Under the pieces are notes generated by a model. It worked only from the letters and a program-made list of their open reading frames with translations, had not been told where the DNA came from and made no database searches. 64,000 bases of DNA from positions 15,641 through 79,640 of the forward strand of contig CABYIV010000003.1 of NCBI GenBank assembly GCA_902519255.1, given 5' to 3'. The DNA is from an uncultured Pelagibacteraceae bacterium. GTDB taxonomy: Bacteria > Pseudomonadota > Alphaproteobacteria > Pelagibacterales > Pelagibacteraceae. Made by a program: the position numbers and the translations under genes. This document shows positions 9,502-18,320 of the stretch, piece after piece. Position 1 is the first letter of the stretch. Every line of letters begins with the position of its first letter.

Positions 9502-10019
9502 GAAATAATGGATTTACATTAATTGAACTATTAGTTGTTGTAGCAATAATAGGAATTTTAGCTGCAGTAGGAGTTGTTGCTTACAGTGGATATACTGAAG
9601 CAGCAAAAGTTTCAGCAACAAAGTCTAATCATAAAACAATCACAAATATGGTAGCAGCAAAGTCAGCATTGTGCAGTGTTGGAGAGCCAATAACTTATAC
9701 GGATATAAGTGGTAATGAAAAGTCTGTTAACTGCCCCTTAAACATTGACTCATTTATTAGTTATATGAACCAAACAGTTTATGGTATGAATTGGACTAGT
9801 CCTTTTTACGGAAATAATCCACCGTATGGATCTTGGTGTAAACTTAATGTTACTAATTGTAATCCACCTGGTTATATGACAGCATGTCCTTCGCATGCTC
9901 AGCAGGGTGGTTATCTATCAATATTTAAATTAAATGCTAACACAATAAAAGTTTGCTCAAATTTAGGAAATGGTTCTGGTCAAACTAAATATATAGAAAA
10001 TACCATTTCATATGAATAA
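9498..10019 (+). CDS. Type IV pilin-like protein (class III signal peptide)
   Basis: G|FTLIELLVVVAIIGILAAVG with E5, Cys-rich C-terminus. Confidence 0.9.
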   Translation: MRNNGFTLIELLVVVAIIGILAAVGVVAYSGYTEAAKVSATKSNHKTITNMVAAKSALCSVGEPITYTDISGNEKSVNCPLNIDSFISYMNQTVYGMNWTSPFYGNNPPYGSWCKLNVTNCNPPGYMTACPSHAQQGGYLSIFKLNANTIKVCSNLGNGSGQTKYIENTISYE

Positions 10020-10548
10020 AAATGGTTTCACATTAATTGAACTATTAGTTGTTGTAGCAATCATTGGTATCTTAGCTGCAGTTGGAGTGGTTGCTTATAG
10101 CGGATATACTAGTGGTGCAAAAAAAGCTAGGTGTATGTCAGATCATAAAACTTTAGTTAAGTTTATTTCACAAGGCTGTATAAAATGTCAAATTGGTCAA
10201 GAATTTAAGCTTAAAATGAATAGTGGCGGATCAAATATTACTGAAAAAGATAGATGTAATCTTGTTAATAGCAGTGACGGTGAAAAATTAAAAAGTTGGA
10301 TACAACATCATTTTAAACAGGAAACTTTAACTTCAGGCAGTTGGTGTAAAATTGATGGCAAGCCAGACTCTCAAGGTAATTGTCAAGAAGCTGTAGCAAG
10401 CGGAGGCACTTATGGAAATGGAGCAACAATATATGAGCATGAAGTACATGCATGTGATAATTCAAATATTTCTGATTGCAACATATTGGTCGTAGAAACA
10501 AATTGCACAGATAGCACATTTATTAGAAATACAATTCAATTACAGTGA
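10012..10548 (+). CDS. Type IV pilin-like protein (class III signal peptide)
   Basis: G|FTLIELLVVVAIIGILAAVG, with a dissimilar Cys-rich C-terminus. Confidence 0.9.
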   Translation: MNKNGFTLIELLVVVAIIGILAAVGVVAYSGYTSGAKKARCMSDHKTLVKFISQGCIKCQIGQEFKLKMNSGGSNITEKDRCNLVNSSDGEKLKSWIQHHFKQETLTSGSWCKIDGKPDSQGNCQEAVASGGTYGNGATIYEHEVHACDNSNISDCNILVVETNCTDSTFIRNTIQLQ

Positions 10549-10557
10549 AATTAATAA

Positions 10558-10755
10558 ATGATTGAATTTTTATTTAAAGTATCACTACTAATTATTGGTT
10601 TAATAGTAATTAGGTTTGGTATAATTCAGATTAGAAAGTTCAAAAAGGGAGAAATTAGATCAAAGAATAATATTTTTAGTCAAATTTCATTCTTAATTTT
10701 CTTTGCTGCAATTATAGGGTTAGTTATTTATTCAATTTTAGGCTTACTTGAGTAA
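10558..10755 (+). CDS. Small two-TM hypothetical membrane protein
   Basis: Two hydrophobic segments separated by a basic loop. Confidence 0.6.
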   Translation: MIEFLFKVSLLIIGLIVIRFGIIQIRKFKKGEIRSKNNIFSQISFLIFFAAIIGLVIYSILGLLE

Positions 10756-10799
10756 GCTAATTTATCTCATATATTAATTTTTAAATTTCACTAAAGAGC

Positions 10800-12233
10800 T
10801 TGATTATGAAAAAAATTATCTTAGTTTTTCTAAGCATTTTATCAGTATTTAATTATGCTAACGCTAAAGATTTTTTCTTAAATATAACTGATCAAATAGC
10901 AGAAAATGAGTTTCGATTAAGCTATGGAGTTTCAGTTACTGATGTTAACCAAGATAATAATTATGATTTTGTGGTAACTGGTTTTGGTTTCAAAAATTTA
11001 GCGCTCTCTTATAAAGATGGAAAATTAATAAATATAGTAAATGATAAAATATTTACAGATGAAGAAAGAAGAACTATTGGTGTTGCTGCATGTGATATCG
11101 ATCAAGATGGTTATGAGGAAATATATTTTTTAAATACGGATACATATAGTGGATCAAAAATTTATTCTGATCGACTAATAGATTTAAATAACAATAAATT
11201 TGAGGATTTATTTGAAAAAGAAATTAATCAAAATGAATTAAACTTAACAGCTGGAAGGTCAGTTGTTTGTGTAGATAGAAATGGTGATGGTGCATACGGT
11301 ATTTACGTTGCAAATTATGGTGGTCCAACTCGATTTTATGAATTAATTAGAGATCGAATAAAAGACCAAGCTAAATCATTATCAATTGATAAAATTACAG
11401 GCGGCAGAGCTATTGTGTCAGGGCATATTCTTTCTGATAGATCTGATATTTTTGCAGCAAATGAAAGAGGGGATAATTTTTTATATTATAATTCTAAAGG
11501 TTCTTTCCAAGATGTAGCTAAAGAGTATGCAGTTCAAGATAGATTTGAAAATGGTAGAGGCACAGCTTTAAGTGATCTTTTATATAGAGGACGATTAGAT
11601 ATTTTATCTTCAAACTGGGATGGAATGCATAGAGCATATGTTTTAGATGGAGATAAATTTAAAGATATATCAACATCTCCTTATAACGATCCAACCAAAA
11701 TAAGAACAGTTATTTCAGCTGATTTTGATAATGACGGATACGATGAAATTTTTATGAATAATATTGGAGAACCTAATAAACTTTTCAAAGTTTTAGATGG
11801 TGGAGTATTTAAAGAAATTAAAATGGAAAATGGTTTAGAGACAGTTGGTCTTGGAACTGGAGCAGCTGTTGCAGACGTTGATGGCGATGGAATTTTAGAG
11901 CTATTAGTTTCACATGGAGAATCAGGTTTTCAACCTTTAACTCTATATAAAGCAGATGTACAAAATTTTAATTATCTACGTATTAAACCACTTAATCAGT
12001 ATGGAGCTCCTGCAAGAGGTGCAACAGTAACAATGAAATCTAATAAAAGAATTCACTCAAAAACTATAGATGCAGGCTCAGGTTATCTTTGTCAGATGGA
12101 ACCCGTAGCTCATTATGGAATAAGACAAGGTGAAAAAGACTTTAAAGTTGAAATTAAATGGACTGATGGATCAATAGAATCATTTGATATTGATGAATTA
12201 AATAAAACTTACGAATTTAGACAAAAATTATAG
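10800..12233 (+). CDS. CRTAC1 / ASPIC-UnbV family FG-GAP repeat protein, secreted
   Basis: Signal peptide, repeated DxD/NxDG Ca-binding motifs (DIDQDG, DFDNDG, DVDGDG), C-terminal GSGYLCQMEPVAHYG. True start is probably ATG 10806. Confidence 0.85.
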   Translation: MIMKKIILVFLSILSVFNYANAKDFFLNITDQIAENEFRLSYGVSVTDVNQDNNYDFVVTGFGFKNLALSYKDGKLINIVNDKIFTDEERRTIGVAACDIDQDGYEEIYFLNTDTYSGSKIYSDRLIDLNNNKFEDLFEKEINQNELNLTAGRSVVCVDRNGDGAYGIYVANYGGPTRFYELIRDRIKDQAKSLSIDKITGGRAIVSGHILSDRSDIFAANERGDNFLYYNSKGSFQDVAKEYAVQDRFENGRGTALSDLLYRGRLDILSSNWDGMHRAYVLDGDKFKDISTSPYNDPTKIRTVISADFDNDGYDEIFMNNIGEPNKLFKVLDGGVFKEIKMENGLETVGLGTGAAVADVDGDGILELLVSHGESGFQPLTLYKADVQNFNYLRIKPLNQYGAPARGATVTMKSNKRIHSKTIDAGSGYLCQMEPVAHYGIRQGEKDFKVEIKWTDGSIESFDIDELNKTYEFRQKL

Positions 12234-12291
12234 GACAATACTACTCATTATATAGTGTTGAAAAATTATAAAGCTTTTATATATCAAACTC

Positions 12292-12435
12292 ATGACTATT
12301 TGTTCTTTATCGTTATTGGCATTATTTGTTTCAGGAATTGTAATGTATCTTTTTAGGGAACCATCTGAGGAAGAATTAAAAAAATTTAATAGTAAAACTC
12401 AAGACCAAAGTAACTGGTCAAATATGGGTTTTTAA
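12292..12435 (+). CDS. Possible 47-aa single-TM protein
   Basis: Hand-translated MTICSLSLLALFVSGIVMYLFREPSEEELKKF...NMGF, ending 11 bp before the next gene. Confidence 0.45.
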   Translation: MTICSLSLLALFVSGIVMYLFREPSEEELKKFNSKTQDQSNWSNMGF

Positions 12436-12446
12436 ATCATTAATTA

Positions 12447-13148
12447 ATGTACAGTATTAAAAATATACTTAGTCTTATTATATTTGTTATTTTTTTTTCA
12501 ATTCCGATAAATTCAGTAAATTCTCAAGAAAAAAACTATTATCAAGATATCGTTAATGATTGGAATAAAATTTTCCCAGACAGAAATAGAAATGCAGCAG
12601 GTCCTAAATTTTTTAAATATATAATTGATAAAGATATCTCTTATGAAGATTTTGTTGAATATAATAAACTATATTGTGCGGTATCAGGTTCTTTAATAAG
12701 TCCAAATGCAGTACCAGAATATGTTTATTTGAGTGAAAACAATACGGGTAAGAAAATATGTGGTGAATATTATAGATGTTGCATTCCATGTTCCTGTGAT
12801 TTAATGAAATATTCAAAAACAACTAAAATGAAACATAAATTTAAAGGCATAGAAAAAGAATTTTATGTTTTCACAATTGAAAATCCTTGTGGGAAAACAG
12901 ATTTTCCTGAAAGGGTAAACAAAAAATATTTTTGTAATGGCAATGATTTAGATACGAAACAAGTTTCAGTAGTAGATGGAAAACTGGTGATTGGTTTATT
13001 ACACAAAGCCAAAACCTGCACTCAATATAATGTTAATGCTATAGATAGACACCAAGTAACAGGTAGATATTGCACTCTTAGAAATAATACTCCATTAGAT
13101 CAGCTTCAGTCAGGTATGGGAGATATATTCATTAAACTTGCAAGATAA
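12447..13148 (+). CDS. Secreted cysteine-rich hypothetical protein
   Basis: Signal-like N-terminus and 10 Cys, including ICGEYYRCCIPCSCD. Confidence 0.7.
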   Translation: MYSIKNILSLIIFVIFFSIPINSVNSQEKNYYQDIVNDWNKIFPDRNRNAAGPKFFKYIIDKDISYEDFVEYNKLYCAVSGSLISPNAVPEYVYLSENNTGKKICGEYYRCCIPCSCDLMKYSKTTKMKHKFKGIEKEFYVFTIENPCGKTDFPERVNKKYFCNGNDLDTKQVSVVDGKLVIGLLHKAKTCTQYNVNAIDRHQVTGRYCTLRNNTPLDQLQSGMGDIFIKLAR

Positions 13149-13172
13149 AACCAAGATTATATATTCATCAAA

Positions 13173-13442
13173 ATGGTATTGTATAACGAAAAAATTAAAC
13201 ACCTCAGTTGTTCAGATCTAAGGGTATTTTTGAAAAGATTGGTCAAAGATAAGATAGAAAAAGAGTGGACTGAGGACTTCATTGATAATATGAACCTCGT
13301 AATAATCCCAAGAATGACAATAAAAAGACGTTATGAGAATAAGGGTATAGATATGTCAAGACTGATTGATAATCCTACCTATTATCAGCATGTCAAAAAG
13401 AGTGTCGACTCCCGAGGCAATCTTGAATTTAAAGATCGATAA
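13173..13442 (+). CDS. Hypothetical protein
   Basis: 89-aa ORF co-directional with neighbours, no recognised motif. Confidence 0.5.
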   Translation: MVLYNEKIKHLSCSDLRVFLKRLVKDKIEKEWTEDFIDNMNLVIIPRMTIKRRYENKGIDMSRLIDNPTYYQHVKKSVDSRGNLEFKDR

Positions 13443-13530
13443 TTTTTTTCCGATACGCCAATTTAATCCCTAGCACTGCATTCATATTTTCTGTAAGCTG
13501 TTTTAAAAAAAACTAACTTAAGAGGGAAAT

Positions 13531-14505
13531 ATGAACAAATATTTTAAGATAATTGTTGTTTTATTATCATCTCTATTTCTAAGTTTCTCAGCAAATTCAA
13601 CTGAAGTAAAATTTGGACACGTAGGAAAACCTGGATCTTTATTTTCTGCATCAGTTGATCATTTTGCTAAACTTGCAAATGAGAGATTAGGCAGCAAAGG
13701 AAAAGTAACTGTTTTTGGTTCTTCGCAACTTGGTAAAGACAAACAAGGAATGCAAAAACTAAAATTAGGTACAGTTAACATGTGGTTACCTTCATCAGTA
13801 ATGGCATCTATTCATGATGAGTTTGGTGTATTTGATATGCCTTTCATTATTAAAGACAGAAAGCACATGAATAAAGTTGAAAGCCAAGTTTTACCAGGAA
13901 TGTTTAAAAATCTTGAAGATAAAACTGGATATAAAGTTATTGCTGTTTGGGAAAACGGATTTAGACATATCACAAACAACACTAGACCAATTAACACTCC
14001 AGGTGACTTAAAAGGAATTAAATTAAGAACACCTAAATCAAAATGGAGAGTTAAAATGTTCCAATCATATGGTGCAAACCCAACTCCAATGTCTTTCTCA
14101 GAAGTATTTACTGCTTTGAAAACAGGAACAATGGATGGACAAGAAAACCCATATGCTCAGATTGCTAGTGCTAAATTCCAAGAAGTTCAAAAATATTTAT
14201 CAATCACAGGTCACGTTTACACTCCTGCTTATGTAACAGTACATAAAGACCACTGGAGCAAACTTCCTGCAGATGTACAAAGTATTTTAGAGCAAGCTGC
14301 TAAAGATACACAAAAATTTGTTTATGCTGAGGCTGCTAATCTTGAAAAATCTTTATTGGGAGTTATCAAATCAGCTGGAGTTCAAGTTAACGAAGCTGAT
14401 AAAGGTGCTTTCATTAGTGCAAGTAAAGGAATATACGATCAATTCGCGTCAGAAGTACCAACTGGTGGTGCGTTAATTGATAAAGTATCGTCTTTAGCAA
14501 ATTAA
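13531..14505 (+). CDS. dctP: TRAP transporter substrate-binding protein (DctP family)
   Basis: Signal peptide, WENGFRH, KLRTP, DGQENP. SD AGAGGG. Confidence 0.92.
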   Translation: MNKYFKIIVVLLSSLFLSFSANSTEVKFGHVGKPGSLFSASVDHFAKLANERLGSKGKVTVFGSSQLGKDKQGMQKLKLGTVNMWLPSSVMASIHDEFGVFDMPFIIKDRKHMNKVESQVLPGMFKNLEDKTGYKVIAVWENGFRHITNNTRPINTPGDLKGIKLRTPKSKWRVKMFQSYGANPTPMSFSEVFTALKTGTMDGQENPYAQIASAKFQEVQKYLSITGHVYTPAYVTVHKDHWSKLPADVQSILEQAAKDTQKFVYAEAANLEKSLLGVIKSAGVQVNEADKGAFISASKGIYDQFASEVPTGGALIDKVSSLAN

Positions 14506-14517
14506 CATAATTTGTAA

Positions 14518-14540
14518 CAGGCCCTCTACCAGAGGGCCTG
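14518..14540. other. Intercistronic hairpin after dctP
   Basis: CAGGCCCTCT-ACC-AGAGGGCCTG perfect 10-bp stem, followed by an A-tract rather than a T-tract. Confidence 0.75.
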
Positions 14541-14547
14541 AAAAAAA

Positions 14548-15057
14548 ATGACATTGCAAAAATTTATAAATTCTTACGAAAAAATATTAAAACTAATACT
14601 GTTTATAATGATGGTAGCATTAGCAGTAACAGTTTTACTTGGTGTTACTTTTCGTTTCGCTGGCAGTGCTTTAGTTTGGTATGATGAGGTTGCAGCTGTT
14701 CAGCTTGCTTGGATAACCTATTATGGTTCAGCCTATGCTGCTTTAAAAGGTTCTCATATAAGTGTTCCAAGTATTTTCAAAGCCTTTCCGTTAGCTCTTA
14801 GAAAAATATTCTTTGTAGTGTCAAAATTAGTTGTTTATGGTTTTTTAATATTATTGGCTTACTATGGTTACTTAGTTTTAACTCTTATAACAGGAGAAAC
14901 TTTAGTAACATTAGAGTGGGTTCCGCAACCTTTTGTGCAATCAGTTATTCCAATTGCATCATGTTTATTTATTTTATCTGAAACTTTAAGAATTCCCGAA
15001 GACTATAAAAATTTAGTTCTTCAAACAACAGGTGACGAGCAAACAGGAGATATTTAA
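14548..15057 (+). CDS. dctQ: TRAP small permease
   Basis: About 4 TM, WYDEVA and GSHISV motifs, between dctP and dctM. Confidence 0.88.
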   Translation: MTLQKFINSYEKILKLILFIMMVALAVTVLLGVTFRFAGSALVWYDEVAAVQLAWITYYGSAYAALKGSHISVPSIFKAFPLALRKIFFVVSKLVVYGFLILLAYYGYLVLTLITGETLVTLEWVPQPFVQSVIPIASCLFILSETLRIPEDYKNLVLQTTGDEQTGDI

Positions 15058-16340
15058 TGATAATTCTTACAATGTTTGCAGTTCTACTACTTCTTCTATC
15101 TATTAATGTACCTATCGCTATCGGCCTTGCAGTAACAACAATTATTGCAATGGTATTGAAGACGGGAACAAGTTTTTTAATTGATACTGCAATCGTAATG
15201 TTTGATGGATCAATGAAATTTCCGTTGATTGCTATTCCATTATTTATTTTAGCCGGATCAATTATGAATAGTGCAGGTATTTCTAGAAGATTAATTGCTT
15301 TTGCTTCAGCGCTTGTTGGATTTATTAAGGGTGGGCTAAGCATGATTAACATTGCTACTTCAATGTTTTTTGCTGAAATTTCAGGATCTGCAGTTGCTGA
15401 TGTTGCTGCATTAGGATCTATTTTAATTCCAGCGATGAAGAAAAAAGGATATCCAGGTCCTTTCGCTGCAGCAGTAACTTCATCTTCAGCATCTTTGGCG
15501 ATTATCATTCCACCTTCAATACCAATGATTGTGTATGCAGTAATGGCTCAAAGTTCAGTAGTACAATTATTTGTAGCGGGAATTGTTCCAGGTGTAATAG
15601 GTGGTTTCTTCCTAATGTTAGCTGCATACATTACTGCAAGACGTAAAAACTTTCCTGTTGAGGAAACATTTAATATTCCAAATGTTAAGAAAACTGCAAA
15701 AGATGCAGCATTAGCATTTTTATTACCAATTATTATATTAGGTGGAATTTTTGGAGGAGTAGTAACTGCAACTGAAGGAGCAGGTTTAGCGGTTGTAGCA
15801 TCATTAGTTATTGGGTTTATTTATAAAGAAATAGATTTTAAAAGATTATACGAGTCAGCTTGTGAAGGAGCAATTCAAACAGCTTCAGTAATGTTATTGG
15901 TAGCAGCATCTGTATTACTTGGTGAATTTTTAACTATTGAACAAATTCCACAAAAAGTTGCAGAGTCAATTATTGATTTTACAAATAATAAATATGCAGT
16001 CTTAGGAATACTTAATGTATTTCTTTTAGTAATAGGTTTCTTTTTACATTCAGTTGCTGCAATAATTTTAACAGTTCCAATTGTAATGCCATTAGTTAAT
16101 GCTGTAGGAATTGATCCAGTTCACTTTGGTATAATTGTGACATTAAATTTAGCAATTGGTCAACAAACACCACCAGTTGCAAGTGTTCTAGTTACGGCTT
16201 GTTCAGTTGCAAAAGCAGATATATGGGATGTAACAAGATCTAATATATCCTTTATATGTGTATTATTAGTATTGTTAATGTTAGTAACTTATGTTCCAGC
16301 TATACCGATGACATTAGTTGAGTTTTTTTATAGGAGCTAA
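15057..16340 (+). CDS. dctM: TRAP large permease
   Basis: AIPLFILAG, ISGSAVAD, IIPPSIP, QTPPV. Confidence 0.92.
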   Translation: MIILTMFAVLLLLLSINVPIAIGLAVTTIIAMVLKTGTSFLIDTAIVMFDGSMKFPLIAIPLFILAGSIMNSAGISRRLIAFASALVGFIKGGLSMINIATSMFFAEISGSAVADVAALGSILIPAMKKKGYPGPFAAAVTSSSASLAIIIPPSIPMIVYAVMAQSSVVQLFVAGIVPGVIGGFFLMLAAYITARRKNFPVEETFNIPNVKKTAKDAALAFLLPIIILGGIFGGVVTATEGAGLAVVASLVIGFIYKEIDFKRLYESACEGAIQTASVMLLVAASVLLGEFLTIEQIPQKVAESIIDFTNNKYAVLGILNVFLLVIGFFLHSVAAIILTVPIVMPLVNAVGIDPVHFGIIVTLNLAIGQQTPPVASVLVTACSVAKADIWDVTRSNISFICVLLVLLMLVTYVPAIPMTLVEFFYRS

Positions 16341-17123
16341 ATGAGCAAATTAATTAAAGTAAATAAAAAAAATAAACATTTAGTTGAAGTTGTTATCAAT
16401 AGACCAGAAAAACTAAATGCAATGACTAAGCCAATGTGGATTGAGCTTGGTAAAGTTTTCAAAAAGTTATCTAAGAATAAAAATTTAAGATGCATCATTA
16501 TAAGAGGAGAGGGTGGTAAATCTTTTTCACCAGGAAATGATATTGGAGAATTTAAAAAACAAAGATCTTCATCAAAATTAGCAAAATCTTACGGTAAATT
16601 TTTACATGGAACACTTGGAGCAATTTTTGATTGCCCAATACCAACAATTGCTTTGATTGAAGGAATATGTGTTGGTGGAGGATTAGAAATAGCAGGATGT
16701 TGTGACATAAGAATTTGTGGCAAAAGTTCTAGGTTTGGAGTTCCAATTAAAAGATTAGGCTTAACAATGGCCGCAAAAGAACTTGAGGTACTTTTAAAAA
16801 TAACTAATTACACAACAGCAATGGAAATATTATTTGAAGGGAGAGTCTTTGGAGCTGATGAAGCCTTTCAAAAGAGGCTAGTTAATAGAGTAGTTAATGA
16901 TAAAGATGTTGAAAAAGAAGCTTATAAATCAGCAGAACTTATATGTGAAGGTGCTCCAAAAGTTGCAAGGTGGCATAAGCAATTTGCAAGAAACATCTTA
17001 AAAAATGGAAAAGTCACAGAAAAAATAAATAATCTTGGTTACAAATGTTACGATACCCAAGACTTTAAAATTGGATATCAATCTTTTTTAAATAAAACAA
17101 AACCAAAATTCAAAAATAAGTAA
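16341..17123 (+). CDS. Enoyl-CoA hydratase/isomerase (crotonase) family
   Basis: NRPEKLNA, FSPGNDI, CVGGGLEIAGCCDIR. Confidence 0.88.
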   Translation: MSKLIKVNKKNKHLVEVVINRPEKLNAMTKPMWIELGKVFKKLSKNKNLRCIIIRGEGGKSFSPGNDIGEFKKQRSSSKLAKSYGKFLHGTLGAIFDCPIPTIALIEGICVGGGLEIAGCCDIRICGKSSRFGVPIKRLGLTMAAKELEVLLKITNYTTAMEILFEGRVFGADEAFQKRLVNRVVNDKDVEKEAYKSAELICEGAPKVARWHKQFARNILKNGKVTEKINNLGYKCYDTQDFKIGYQSFLNKTKPKFKNK

Positions 17124-17126
17124 TAA

Positions 17127-18320
17127 ATGACTGCATCATTAAAAGGCATTCGTGTACTTGAGATGGCACAAATAATGGCTGGTCCGACTTGTGGACTATT
17201 ATTAGCTGATCTTGGCGCAGAGGTAATTAAAATAGAAAAGACACCTGGCGGAGATGATACCAGAAACTTCTTACCACCAGAAATTAATGGAGAGTCAGCA
17301 GCTTTTATGATGATGAATAGAAATAAGAAAGGTATCGCATTAAATTTAAAAGATAAAGATGGAATAGAGATATTTAAAACGATGGTAAAAAATTCTGATG
17401 TAGTTTTAGAGAATTTTAGAAAAGGGACATTAGAAAAATTAGGAGTTGGTTATGATGTTATGTCAGAAATTAATCCTAGAATCATTTTATGTGAAATATC
17501 TGGATACGGTAGAACGGGTCCTTACGCAGATAAAGGAGGATTTGATTTAGTCGCTCAGGGAATGAGTGGATTAATGAGTATTACTGGTGAAAGTAAGGAC
17601 AAACCACCAATGAAAGTAGGTGCACCTATTACAGATATAACAGCTGGTTTACTTGCGGCTAGTGGAATTTTAGCAGCATTAGTTCATAGAGAAAAAACAG
17701 GTGAAGGACAAAAAGTTGATACATCTTTATATGAAGCAGGTATTGTACATACATATTGGCAATCTGCAATAGCAGGTGCCACAGGAGAGTCGCCTGGTCC
17801 TTTAGGTTCAGCACATCCTTTAACAGCTCCATATCAAGCATTTAAAACAAAAGATAAATGGATTACGGTGGGTGCTTCAAATCAAAATACTTGGCTTATG
17901 TTACTCAAAGCAATTAATCGTGAAGATTTGCAAGAAAATGAAAAGTTTTCATCTAATTTAAATAGAAAACAAAATTTAAAAGAACTAGTTGATATTCTTA
18001 ACGAGGAACTAATTAAAAAAACCTCTAGTGAATGGTTAAAAATCTTTGATGATAATGGATTACCATGCGGTCCTATAAACTCAATAACAGATATGTTTAA
18101 AGATCCTCAAACAATTGAAAGAGAAATGGTTATACAAGTAGATAATAAAAAGGCAGGTAAAAGTAATGCTATTGGTATGCCTATTAAATTTTCAAAGAGC
18201 AAAACCGAAAAGTCAAAAGGTGCTCCAAACTTAGGAGAACATACAAAAGAAGTTATGCATATTTTTGGTTACAAAGATGACCAAATTGAAGATTTTTATA
18301 ACAGAAAAGTAATTCTTTAA
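17127..18320 (+). CDS. Family III CoA-transferase (CaiB/BaiF)
   Basis: LADLGAEVIKIE, NRNKK, ENFRKG, PITDITAG, APNLGEHT. Confidence 0.92.
   Translation: MTASLKGIRVLEMAQIMAGPTCGLLLADLGAEVIKIEKTPGGDDTRNFLPPEINGESAAFMMMNRNKKGIALNLKDKDGIEIFKTMVKNSDVVLENFRKGTLEKLGVGYDVMSEINPRIILCEISGYGRTGPYADKGGFDLVAQGMSGLMSITGESKDKPPMKVGAPITDITAGLLAASGILAALVHREKTGEGQKVDTSLYEAGIVHTYWQSAIAGATGESPGPLGSAHPLTAPYQAFKTKDKWITVGASNQNTWLMLLKAINREDLQENEKFSSNLNRKQNLKELVDILNEELIKKTSSEWLKIFDDNGLPCGPINSITDMFKDPQTIEREMVIQVDNKKAGKSNAIGMPIKFSKSKTEKSKGAPNLGEHTKEVMHIFGYKDDQIEDFYNRKVIL

Noticed and set aside
4448-13442. Integron cassette array
   Set aside because: No integrase, and the gaps are too short and dissimilar to hold attC sites.
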